From a virus (lineage: Duplodnaviria; Caudoviricetes): 43,029 nucleotides of DNA. The notes under the pieces are model-generated. The model made no database searches. It was given only the letters and a program-made list of their open reading frames with translations, and had not been told where the DNA came from. The position numbers and the translations under genes were made by a program. Positions 19,836 to 27,505 of the stretch are shown in pieces (within the stretch, counting starts at the first letter, position 1; each line of letters opens with the position of its first letter). The stretch is from positions 1-43,029 of IMG/VR virus record IMGVR_UViG_3300032250_000778. One strand, written 5' to 3'.

Positions 19836-20410
19836 GCAATATAGTTTCAAGTAACATAAATGAATTATTCCCTATTCAAGGTCAAGATAACGAATCGCAA
19901 GGATTTAGAAATAATTTTCTATATATCAAACAAGGGCTAGCAACGGCCACAGTAGAGATAACAGATCTACAAAATAACTCTGCTAAAAAAAATGCCGATA
20001 ATAACTTTAATGGCAATAAGTTAGAGAATGTTATTGTAAACCAAGTATCCGAATTTTTTAGAAACAAAGGCAATGTTTCAGGTGTTGGAGTCACTGCCAA
20101 CGTCATTGAAGCACAAGTACAAAAATTAAGATTTACCTCCAATAGCACTTTACGTCTTACTGGTTGGCCTAGCATTGGCAGTACTGGAAAAAGTTATCGA
20201 ATTAGATTACATTTATGCAGTAATAGTGTAGATAACTATTCCATCATATTTGCCACTGATGGGCAAGGTACTATTAAATATGCAGGAGACGGTGCTCCAT
20301 TCCCCAATCCATTTGTAGTATCAATTTCAGGTGCTGAAAAGGTTATCGATGCTTGGAGTTATGATGGCGGAGTAACTGTTTTCATTAAATACCTAGGTGA
20401 ATTTGTATGA
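19832..20410 (+). CDS. Hypothetical structural protein
   Basis: ATGA overlap with a GAGG SD. FPIQGQDNESQGFRNNF is followed by a coiled coil and a beta-rich C-terminus. Confidence 0.6.
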   Translation: MSNIVSSNINELFPIQGQDNESQGFRNNFLYIKQGLATATVEITDLQNNSAKKNADNNFNGNKLENVIVNQVSEFFRNKGNVSGVGVTANVIEAQVQKLRFTSNSTLRLTGWPSIGSTGKSYRIRLHLCSNSVDNYSIIFATDGQGTIKYAGDGAPFPNPFVVSISGAEKVIDAWSYDGGVTVFIKYLGEFV

Positions 20411-20634
20411 ATCCTTTGCTCAGCATTAATAAACTCACAGATACTGAATTGGAACAAAAAATTCAAGATCTCAGTCGTAAATACTTTATGACCCAAAGTT
20501 CTGAAATACAGATGCAGATAGTAAGTTTTTTAAATATTCATAAAGAAGAATTAGCCAATCGTCGTGCCATAGCTTGGGAAAAACAATTTCAAAAAAATAA
20601 CAAAGGTCTTGACAAGCTAATCAATATCAACTAA
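20407..20634 (+). CDS. Hypothetical helical protein
   Basis: ATGA overlap and a 75-aa ORF filling the gap between neighbours. Confidence 0.65.
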   Translation: MNPLLSINKLTDTELEQKIQDLSRKYFMTQSSEIQMQIVSFLNIHKEELANRRAIAWEKQFQKNNKGLDKLININ

Positions 20635-20637
20635 AAT
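20609..20637 (+). promoter_or_regulatory. Sigma70-type promoter TTGACA-17-TAAAAT
   Basis: -35 at 20609-20614 and -10 at 20632-20637. ATG20644 lies at the expected +1, so the mRNA would be leaderless. Confidence 0.75.
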
Positions 20638-20643
20638 AGTTGC

Positions 20644-21135
20644 ATGGGAAGTGATAAATTTGGCAATGTAATCTATAACGTAAACGATGTTATGGAGTTA
20701 ATCTACTCCAACAGAGAAGATGTTTTGGAAAAAATTTATACTGAGGACACCTTGGAATTTAAAAATTTTCCAACTAGAAAAATAAGTCCCGATATCTATA
20801 ACATAGACATTGAAGAATTTGATCGAATTTGTCAAAGCGAATGGCTAATGCCAGATGAATATAAAACACTTAACATCGTAGAATATATACTAGATCAAAC
20901 TAGCAACGAAACAGAATATCAAAGAGCAGTGGAAGAACTTGTAGAGTATGAAAACAGAAATATGTTCGATCTTCTTCGTTGGCTTAAATATGTAGTAGAT
21001 ACCTGTAGATCCAATAATATAATTTGGGGTGTAGGTAGAGGGTCCAGTGTAGCCAGTTATGTATTATATCTATTGGGCGTACATCGTATAGATAGTATTA
21101 AATACAATCTAGATTGGCAAGAATTTCTAAGATAA
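20644..21135 (+). CDS. Stand-alone fragment of DNA polymerase III alpha (family C), N-terminal palm region
   Basis: R..EEL..Y......DLL..L.Y.VD......IIWGVGRGSSVASYVLYLLGVHRIDSIKYNLDWQEFLR aligns with DnaE GPGRGSGAGSLVAYAL.IT..DP....LLFERFL. Confidence 0.85.
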   Translation: MGSDKFGNVIYNVNDVMELIYSNREDVLEKIYTEDTLEFKNFPTRKISPDIYNIDIEEFDRICQSEWLMPDEYKTLNIVEYILDQTSNETEYQRAVEELVEYENRNMFDLLRWLKYVVDTCRSNNIIWGVGRGSSVASYVLYLLGVHRIDSIKYNLDWQEFLR

Positions 21136-21147
21136 AGGAGAAACATC

Positions 21148-21357
21148 ATGGCAATGAAAGAATCTGCAAGAAAAAGTTATAGAAGCATGTTAGGCAATGA
21201 AGTCGACATGGAAAAACTAAGAAATCAAAACGAACTAGCATTAGCTGTGGGCAATGCCAGAGTAAATGCTCGTGGTGATGAAATTGGTCCAGGCGGCAAA
21301 ATTATTCGTAAGCGTGAAGATGTCATGCAGGAATATTACAAAGGTAACACACAATAA
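21148..21357 (+). CDS. Hypothetical protein
   Basis: Strong AAGGAG SD. 69 aa with AVGNARVNARGDEIGPGGKII. Confidence 0.75.
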   Translation: MAMKESARKSYRSMLGNEVDMEKLRNQNELALAVGNARVNARGDEIGPGGKIIRKREDVMQEYYKGNTQ

Positions 21358-21366
21358 GAGGAAAAA

Positions 21367-21687
21367 ATGGTCAGAGGTCAAGTAAAACCTATTAGAGATA
21401 ATGTTCTTATTTCAGATATGGAATTCGATGTCAGAGTAACAGCATCCGGTATTATATTACAAAATGATGACGGCAAAACAGAAGGAATTCGGCCACGATG
21501 GGGGCGAGTTTATGCCATTGGGCCTGAACAAAAAAATGTTAAATTAGGGGAATGGATTCTAGTTGAACATGGTCGTTGGACCAGAGGCATTGAAGTGGAA
21601 AATGATGACGGTACTATTACTACTATTCGTAGAGTAGACAATGATTGTATCCTAGCACTAAGCGACGAAAAACCTAGTGAATTTTAA
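21367..21687 (+). CDS. groES: Co-chaperonin GroES/Cpn10 family
   Basis: KPIRDNVLI, mobile loop TASGIIL and G.VYAIGP....VKLGEWIL. GAGG SD. Confidence 0.88.
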   Translation: MVRGQVKPIRDNVLISDMEFDVRVTASGIILQNDDGKTEGIRPRWGRVYAIGPEQKNVKLGEWILVEHGRWTRGIEVENDDGTITTIRRVDNDCILALSDEKPSEF

Positions 21688-21702
21688 AATTACTTGGTTG
21701 GC

Positions 21703-21733
21703 AAATAGGGCCATTGACTGGCCCTATTTTTTT
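21703..21733 (+). terminator. Intrinsic terminator after groES
   Basis: AAATAGGGCCA-TTGAC-TGGCCCTATTT stem-loop ending in a T7 tract. Confidence 0.85.
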
Positions 21734-21742
21734 CTGTATAAT
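21714..21742 (+). promoter_or_regulatory. Sigma70-type promoter TTGACT-17-TATAAT overlapping the terminator
   Basis: -35 at 21714-21719 (terminator loop) and -10 at 21737-21742, upstream of the GAGG SD and ATG21763. Confidence 0.8.
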
Positions 21743-21762
21743 AAATCCACAGAGAGGTAATT

Positions 21763-22680
21763 ATGAAAGAGCTTTGGGTAGAAAAATATCGTCCTAATAC
21801 ACTTGATGGGTATGTGTTCAAAGATGACCATCAAAAGAATCAAATTGAAAACTGGATCAAGGAAGGAAGTATTCCACATTTACTATTCAGTGGTAATGCC
21901 GGTGTCGGTAAAACTACTCTAGCAAAAATTCTATTGAATAAACTAGATGTACAGGATAGTGATGTGTTGTTTGCAAATGGCTCCAAGGAAGGCCGCAAAA
22001 TCGAATGGGTAGACAAACTCATTGGATTTTGTTCTACTATGCCTTTTGGCGATTACAAAGTTGTTCTAATCGATGAAGCGGACTATTTGAATCCAACATC
22101 GGTCCAACCAGCACTGCGTAATCTCATGGAGCAATATACAAATAGCGTACGATTTATTTTAACCTGTAACTATCCTAATAGAATTTTGCCACCTATTCAT
22201 AGTCGTTGTCAAAGTCTTCATATTGAAAAAACGGACTTAACCGAATTCACTGCTCGAGTGGCCACAATTTTAGTGGAAGAAAATGTTGAGTTCGAACTCG
22301 ATACATTAGACACTATTGTCAAGGCCACATATCCAGACCTAAGGAAATGTATCAATACAGTACAAATGAATAGTTTAGATAGCGTATTACATTTGCCAGA
22401 AAAAGGCGAAACTACGTCGTCCGACTATAAAGTAGAAATGGTCGCTCTCTTTAAAGTAGGTAAAATTAGCGAAGCTAGAAAACTAGTATGTAGTCAAGCT
22501 CGACCTGAAGAAATGGAAGATATCTATCGTTGGCTCTATGATAACGTAGAATTGTTCGGTGACGACGCTAAACAGGAAAAGGCTATTTTAATTATCAAAC
22601 AAGGATTGGTAGATCATACTCTAGTCAGTGATCCAGAAATTAATTTAGCTGCCACATTAATTAGACTAGGGCACATATAA
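21763..22680 (+). CDS. Sliding-clamp loader AAA+ subunit (RFC small subunit / T4 gp44-like)
   Basis: LWVEKYRP, PHLLFSGNAGVGKTT (Walker A), VVLIDEAD (Walker B), FILTCNY and SRC motif. Confidence 0.93.
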   Translation: MKELWVEKYRPNTLDGYVFKDDHQKNQIENWIKEGSIPHLLFSGNAGVGKTTLAKILLNKLDVQDSDVLFANGSKEGRKIEWVDKLIGFCSTMPFGDYKVVLIDEADYLNPTSVQPALRNLMEQYTNSVRFILTCNYPNRILPPIHSRCQSLHIEKTDLTEFTARVATILVEENVEFELDTLDTIVKATYPDLRKCINTVQMNSLDSVLHLPEKGETTSSDYKVEMVALFKVGKISEARKLVCSQARPEEMEDIYRWLYDNVELFGDDAKQEKAILIIKQGLVDHTLVSDPEINLAATLIRLGHI

Positions 22681-23309
22681 TGAAAGTATTAGTAATTGGA
22701 CAGCCGCGTTCAAGATCAAACTTTATCACAGCAGCACTTTCTAATTTTTATAATGTACCAAATTTCGTCGAACCGTATAGGACCGTTGATACCGATAATA
22801 AAAATTACGCAGTGAATATTCAAAAAATCACAGATAATTTATTAAAGTATCAAGATTTTGTCTGCAAATTACAAACTTCACAAATTAAGATTGCCCGTCT
22901 ACTAAATTTTTTTAATCATTTTCAATTTAACATGTACGATCAGGTGTTTATAACAGAACGTAAAAATATTGTAGAGCAAATTGCTAGTTTACTAATCGCC
23001 CAGTATACCAATAAATGGTCCACTTACTATACAAATCCACCAATTATTACGTTTGATCCTCGACGAGATCGCCATGTAATAAAAGAAATTGCACTTGAAA
23101 TCCGTAAAGTAAAAATTTTAAAAGACTTTTTAGATAAAGATGGTATTTTATATCAACTTTTAAATTATGAAGATATTGATGAATGGGTTAAAAATAATTT
23201 AGCCAACCCAGAAACTATCTTTGAAAAATCAAATTATGATTATAAAAAACTTATATCAAATTATAGTCAACTAGAACATAGTGTATTAGAATATTTTAAT
23301 AAACTATAA
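22680..23309 (+). CDS. Sulfotransferase-like P-loop-fold protein
   Basis: N-terminal VLVIGQPRSRSN (cf. G.PRSGT), ...EP..., R.N...QIAS and LNYED, the typical motif order for the fold. Confidence 0.55.
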   Translation: MKVLVIGQPRSRSNFITAALSNFYNVPNFVEPYRTVDTDNKNYAVNIQKITDNLLKYQDFVCKLQTSQIKIARLLNFFNHFQFNMYDQVFITERKNIVEQIASLLIAQYTNKWSTYYTNPPIITFDPRRDRHVIKEIALEIRKVKILKDFLDKDGILYQLLNYEDIDEWVKNNLANPETIFEKSNYDYKKLISNYSQLEHSVLEYFNKL

Positions 23310-23314
23310 TACAT

Positions 23315-23339
23315 AAAAAGGGGCCTAAGCCCCTTTTTT
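23315..23339. terminator. Bidirectional intrinsic terminator between convergent genes
   Basis: AAAAAGGGGC-CTAA-GCCCCTTTTTT. Confidence 0.88.
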
Positions 23340-24054
23340 AGTCTCCGTATATTGACAATACCTCTTTTACGGCATCATGTCGTTCAATATCCTTATGGGT
23401 AAAATGAACGATGTCAATATGTTCTAATTTTTTATGCTTTCCTAGTAGGTTGCAAAAGTCAATTAAACCATTATCTTGAAGTCTATCTGCTTGAGCTAAG
23501 TCTCCTGTTACAATCATTTTTGAATTCTCTCCTAAACGTGTTAAAAGCATTTTCATTTGATTGGTTGTGGCATTTTGCATTTCATCAGCAATAATCCAGG
23601 AGTTCTTAAAAGTACGTCCTCTCATATAGGCTAATGGGCTTATTTCAATAATGCCTTCACTTAACATGTCTGCTACATCTTTTTGTTGGTAATATTCTCC
23701 TAAAACATCAAAAATAGGTCTGGTCCATGGTGCCATTTTTTCATTTAGGTCACCAGGTAAAAAACCTAGATCTTCATCTACGCTTACGGCGGGTCTAGTT
23801 ACTATGAGTTTTTCTACTTTGCCTTCTTGAAATGCTTTTACACCAGCTTGTACAGCTAATAGAGTTTTACCGGTACCTGCTGGCCCTATGGCAAATAAAA
23901 TACTATTAGTTTCGTCTTGAAGCTTTTGAATATATTGTTTTTGACTTTCACTGCGAGGATAAAGGCTTACTCGCTGTTTCTTTTGCGGATTATAAGCTAC
24001 AAAATCAATTACATTCACGTTTGAAGCAAAGCGTTTTTTCACTCTTCTACTCAT
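23338..24054 (-). CDS. phoH: PhoH-family ATPase
   Basis: GPAGTGKT, TRPAV, LGFLPGDL.EKM.PW, PLAYMRGRTF, ADEMQN, LTRLGENSK and VTGD..Q.D. AGGAG SD. Confidence 0.95.
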   Translation of the reverse strand: MSRRVKKRFASNVNVIDFVAYNPQKKQRVSLYPRSESQKQYIQKLQDETNSILFAIGPAGTGKTLLAVQAGVKAFQEGKVEKLIVTRPAVSVDEDLGFLPGDLNEKMAPWTRPIFDVLGEYYQQKDVADMLSEGIIEISPLAYMRGRTFKNSWIIADEMQNATTNQMKMLLTRLGENSKMIVTGDLAQADRLQDNGLIDFCNLLGKHKKLEHIDIVHFTHKDIERHDAVKEVLSIYGD

Positions 24055-24060
24055 CTAGTA

Positions 24061-24132
24061 TCTCCTACTTGGAAAAGTAGGACTTGTAGTGACCGCCCCG
24101 ATAACTACAGAGGTCCTACAAATTTATTTATT
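24061..24132 (-). promoter_or_regulatory. Structured phoH leader with two mutually exclusive hairpins and an upstream TAAATA promoter
   Basis: On the minus strand, a GTAGGAC...TGTAGT-loop-ACTACA.GTCCTAC long stem competes with a TCCTACTT-TTCC-AAGTAGGA stem that covers the SD. TAAATA at 24130-24125. Confidence 0.6.
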
Positions 24133-24171
24133 AAAGTGCCAAATTATCTAGCCTGTTGATAAACAGGGTTT

Positions 24172-24179
24172 GATAAATA
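24172..24179 (+). promoter_or_regulatory. Late promoter GATAAATA
   Basis: Intergenic, 25 nt before ATG24205, preceded by the CCTGTT-GATA-AACAGG inverted repeat (24152-24167). Confidence 0.6.
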
Positions 24180-24204
24180 ACTAAGCAGAATTCAAGGGTC
24201 TTTT

Positions 24205-24777
24205 ATGAAAGATATTTTAGACGTTATTAAAAACGTAGAAACCATTTATAATAACAATAGTAGTCTGGCAGTACTCAAGGACTTTGAGCGGGTGTTAGAT
24301 GAAATGGATGTCTATGTGTATGATAACTGGATTGACGGTGAATTGGCCAGTGGACCTAAAATTGATCGCCATTGGGTCAGTGCTGAATTTATGTGGCCAT
24401 TAAAGAAGATGCCCGATCCAGATGGCGCACGTAGACTAATAGAAATTGGTTGCAGAGTCAAATATAGCAAGACAGATATAGTCGAACCAAGAAAAATTCG
24501 TAGCCCTGACGATTTTAGACCGGGCACAAAGAAAGGTAAACTAGATTCCCATCCTATATGGATTGTCAGTATTATGATGCCTAAAAAATTAGTATTCGAT
24601 ATCTTCAATAGTTACATGGATCGTATTAGAGAAGAACGTAGTGGCGACAAACCAGAAAAGAGTAATTTACCTACACCTGGAGCAGCAGGAGCAATGCCGG
24701 CAGGAGGAGCGGCACCAGCAGCACCAGCAGCGGGTGGAGCACCAGCAGCACCAGCAGCGGGCGGAGCACCAGTATGA
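24205..24777 (+). CDS. Hypothetical protein with Ala/Pro/Gly-rich tail
   Basis: 190-aa ORF with a globular part (DFERVLDE.D.YVY.NW..GEL..GP...RHWV) and a C-terminal AGGAAPAAP repeat. Confidence 0.8.
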   Translation: MKDILDVIKNVETIYNNNSSLAVLKDFERVLDEMDVYVYDNWIDGELASGPKIDRHWVSAEFMWPLKKMPDPDGARRLIEIGCRVKYSKTDIVEPRKIRSPDDFRPGTKKGKLDSHPIWIVSIMMPKKLVFDIFNSYMDRIREERSGDKPEKSNLPTPGAAGAMPAGGAAPAAPAAGGAPAAPAAGGAPV

Positions 24778-25505
24778 ATCTAAACGAAACACTATTAGCT
24801 GGTGATCTTAAACATCTAGTCAGCAGTGTATTTGAAATCGATAGCTATAAAAGTAAAATAGGCAATGATCAAAAAATGGTTGTGCTAAGTTTTAACGTGG
24901 ATGATAAACCTCCCGCAGACGATTTGGCTAGATTTTTAGAACTTGGTTATGACTATATTGTAGACGCAGATGCTACTGATGGGCCATTGGACACTGGCAA
25001 ATATAAAGTATTTGTAGAACTTGAACGTAATCGTCATATACCCGAAAGAATTGAAGAAATACTCGAAGGAATAAAAAAATTAACCGAAATTCAAAACTTT
25101 AGATTTAGATATTACAAAAGTTTTAGAACTAATCCAGCTGACTTAGAAACATTAAAAACTATGATTCCTTTAGATAAGGAAAGCTATGCTGTGTCAATTC
25201 AAGAAAACAGAATAAACAATTTTACTAATTTTTTTAATCGCAGCTACATAGAAAACATTGAATCACTAGAAAACGATTTAACATTTAAAAAAATGTTTAG
25301 CGAAAATCTTCGTATGCGTATTAAAGATTTTGGCCCCATTGATCAAGTATACCAAAATTTAGGCGGACGAATGGACGTAAGCTCTAGTGCTATATCAGAA
25401 TCATTATACCTAACTAAATACCTAGGCAATTATAATATCACAAAAGTCGGTGATAATTTTGTTTTTGAAAACGAAGGATATGCTGTAGTTTTAGAAAAAC
25501 AATAA
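24774..25505 (+). CDS. Hypothetical protein
   Basis: ATGA overlap and a 243-aa ORF. No family recognised. Confidence 0.8.
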   Translation: MNLNETLLAGDLKHLVSSVFEIDSYKSKIGNDQKMVVLSFNVDDKPPADDLARFLELGYDYIVDADATDGPLDTGKYKVFVELERNRHIPERIEEILEGIKKLTEIQNFRFRYYKSFRTNPADLETLKTMIPLDKESYAVSIQENRINNFTNFFNRSYIENIESLENDLTFKKMFSENLRMRIKDFGPIDQVYQNLGGRMDVSSSAISESLYLTKYLGNYNITKVGDNFVFENEGYAVVLEKQ

Positions 25506-25515
25506 AGGATCAATT

Positions 25516-26115
25516 ATGTCTTGGTTAGTTAACTTTTTACCAGAATGGGTTTTCCATATCGTTATATTCCTAGGTATAAGCAGTCTCATAGCATCAGCTA
25601 TTCTAAAAAAATTACCTGCATTATATACCTATAGCTTTATATCATATCTGACTGGACTATTTTTAATAGTCAGCGGTGTTTGGTTTGAAGGCGCACTAAA
25701 CGAAAAAACTAATTGGGAAGAAAAGGTTAAAGAATTAGAGACTAAGGTTCAAGTAGCTGAAGCACGTTCCCAACAAGTTAATACTATTATTGAAACTCAA
25801 CTCGTGGAACGAGTTAAAATTGTAAAGGATACAAAAAATGCCAATAAAGAAACTGCAAAACTTATTGCCCGTCAGCTTGATGATCGTTGTGTCGTGCCTG
25901 AGTCTACAGTCATGCTCATCAACAGTGCCAGTCAAAATGAAGTGGCCCGAGGTGCCAGCAGCACTGATGGAACAGCCTCCAATGTTAGAGCAAGTGAAGT
26001 CGTCGAAACAGTTGTCGAAAACTACGGAAGATACAACGAACTCAGAGAAAAAATAATCGGCTGGCAAAAATGGTACCTCGAACAGAAAAAAATATTTGAG
26101 GAGTCTAATCGATGA
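25516..26115 (+). CDS. Inner-membrane spanin (Rz-like)
   Basis: Two N-terminal hydrophobic segments, a periplasmic coiled coil (WEEKVKELETKVQVAEARS) and one Cys. It lies directly upstream of the endolysin and holin. Confidence 0.78.
   Translation: MSWLVNFLPEWVFHIVIFLGISSLIASAILKKLPALYTYSFISYLTGLFLIVSGVWFEGALNEKTNWEEKVKELETKVQVAEARSQQVNTIIETQLVERVKIVKDTKNANKETAKLIARQLDDRCVVPESTVMLINSASQNEVARGASSTDGTASNVRASEVVETVVENYGRYNELREKIIGWQKWYLEQKKIFEESNR
25838..26056 (+). CDS. Outer-membrane spanin lipoprotein (Rz1-like), nested in the +1 frame
   Basis: Own AAGGA SD, basic N-region, hydrophobic core, lipobox LQS-C and a Pro-rich mature part CSSTVPVKMKWPEVPAALMEQPPM. Confidence 0.72.
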   Translation: MPIKKLQNLLPVSLMIVVSCLSLQSCSSTVPVKMKWPEVPAALMEQPPMLEQVKSSKQLSKTTEDTTNSEKK

Positions 26116-26735
26116 GTGATTTCATTTTAACCCAGGATCAACTAGAAGAGTTAATTCCAAAAAATCCCTATGTGGAATATTGGTACTCAGCATTGAGTCA
26201 ATGCTTACCAGACTATGATATTAACACACCACGTCGTGTTGCTGCCTTTATTGCTCAATGCAGCCATGAAAGTGGTGGTTTTAAATTCCTTAGTGAGAAT
26301 TTAAACTATCGAACTGAAAGTTTAATGCGTGTATGGCCCAAATACTTTAAGGATCTTACTACAGCACAACGATATGCACATAATCCAGAACGCATTGCCA
26401 ACCGCGCCTATGCCAATCGTATGGGCAATGGCAACGAAGCCAGTGGAGATGGATGGCGTTTTTGTGGCCGTGGTCTAATTCAACTTACAGGTCGAGATAA
26501 TTATCAAGCATTTGCTGATAGCATAGAGACTGACATTGAAGATATTCCACATTACCTAGCCACTTTTGAAGGTGCTGTACAAAGTGCTTGCTGGTTTTGG
26601 GAAAATAATAATTTAAATAAATGGGCCGACGCTGGCGATATTACCACGTTGACTAAAAAGATTAACGGCGGCACATTGGGGTTGGACGACCGTATGAAAC
26701 ATTACGCCCATGCGTTACATGTACTAGGAGTATGA
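26112..26735 (+). CDS. Endolysin, glycoside hydrolase family 19
   Basis: AAFIAQCSHESGGF..L.ENLNY, GDGWRFCGRGLIQLTGRDNY, SACWFW and TKKINGG..GL.DR. Confidence 0.93.
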   Translation: MSDFILTQDQLEELIPKNPYVEYWYSALSQCLPDYDINTPRRVAAFIAQCSHESGGFKFLSENLNYRTESLMRVWPKYFKDLTTAQRYAHNPERIANRAYANRMGNGNEASGDGWRFCGRGLIQLTGRDNYQAFADSIETDIEDIPHYLATFEGAVQSACWFWENNNLNKWADAGDITTLTKKINGGTLGLDDRMKHYAHALHVLGV

Positions 26736-26736
26736 A

Positions 26737-27282
26737 ATGACCACAGCCAAAGAATATGCCGAACTAAGTGACAGTGATAAGAAAAAAGAAGATTGGATGA
26801 ACGCAAAATGGCGTCCAGCTATGGGTTGGCTATATTTGGTCGTTTGCTTTTTTGACTTTGTAGCATTTCCTATTTTATGGAGTGTACTACAAGGGCTATT
26901 TCACGGTACTATTAATAGCCAATGGCAACCACTCACACTACAAGGTGCGGGATTATTTCACATTGCTATGGGAGCAATAATTGGTGTGGCAGCATGGGGT
27001 CGCACACAAGAAAAACTAAACGGAGCAAATAATGGCGGAATCCAATTACCAGCGAATGTCGGAACAACATATCAGCCACCTCAACCAAACAACCAGCCCA
27101 TCAGTAACTTTAATACACCAGAAACCACAGGCTTCCACACCGGGTTTGGTGCCTCTGCTCCTACTACAGGATTCGGTAATAACTTCGCAACTACTACAAA
27201 TACCACCAGTAATACGCCCACAGTATTAACAGGGTTTGGCGGCAAACCAGCTCCAGTTCAACCTAATCAACCTATTATCTAA
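26737..27282 (+). CDS. Holin (GTA 3TM-holin-like) with long low-complexity C-tail
   Basis: KWRPAMGWLY..VC.FDF...PILW and LFHIAMGAIIGVAAWGRTQEK, adjacent to the endolysin. Confidence 0.8.
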   Translation: MTTAKEYAELSDSDKKKEDWMNAKWRPAMGWLYLVVCFFDFVAFPILWSVLQGLFHGTINSQWQPLTLQGAGLFHIAMGAIIGVAAWGRTQEKLNGANNGGIQLPANVGTTYQPPQPNNQPISNFNTPETTGFHTGFGASAPTTGFGNNFATTTNTTSNTPTVLTGFGGKPAPVQPNQPII

Positions 27283-27284
27283 TT

Positions 27285-27458
27285 ATGAAATATCTAATTA
27301 TTACTTTATTAAGTTTAGCGTGTTCCAGTGTATATGCCGAAGCGGTAATTAAAAAAGTCTGTCGTAATGTAGAAAAGAATGGCAAAACGACCCAGGTATG
27401 CAAAACCATCAAGGTTCACAAAAAACTAGATGGCACTACTGTTCCTAAGAAAAAATAA
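27285..27458 (+). CDS. Small exported basic protein, 57 aa (absent from the ORF track)
   Basis: MKYLIITLLSLACSSVYA-EAVIKKVCRNVEKNGKTTQVCKTIKVHKKLDGTTVPKKK has a signal peptide and two Cys in the mature part. It fills the gap after the holin. Confidence 0.75.
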   Translation: MKYLIITLLSLACSSVYAEAVIKKVCRNVEKNGKTTQVCKTIKVHKKLDGTTVPKKK

Positions 27459-27476
27459 TTGGATTCAAACATGTCA

Positions 27477-27502
27477 TGTAAATAGTAAGTTAAAACTTAC
27501 TA
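27477..27502 (+). promoter_or_regulatory. Late promoter (TGTAAATA) overlapping an inverted repeat before dnaJ
   Basis: TAAATA at 27479-27484 and TAGTAAGTT-AA-AACTTACTA at 27483-27502, ending 3 nt before GTG27506. Confidence 0.55.
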
Positions 27503-27505
27503 ACA

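Noticed and set aside
20644-21135. Split intein or pseudogene explanation for the short dnaE
   Set aside because: No intein N-terminal block follows the extein. The ORF has a dedicated promoter and a clean stop, and no dnaE remnant continues downstream.
24680-24773. GC-rich repeat at the end of the 190-aa ORF as a mobile or regulatory element
   Set aside because: It is an in-frame low-complexity AGGAAPAAP tail, explained by the protein sequence.
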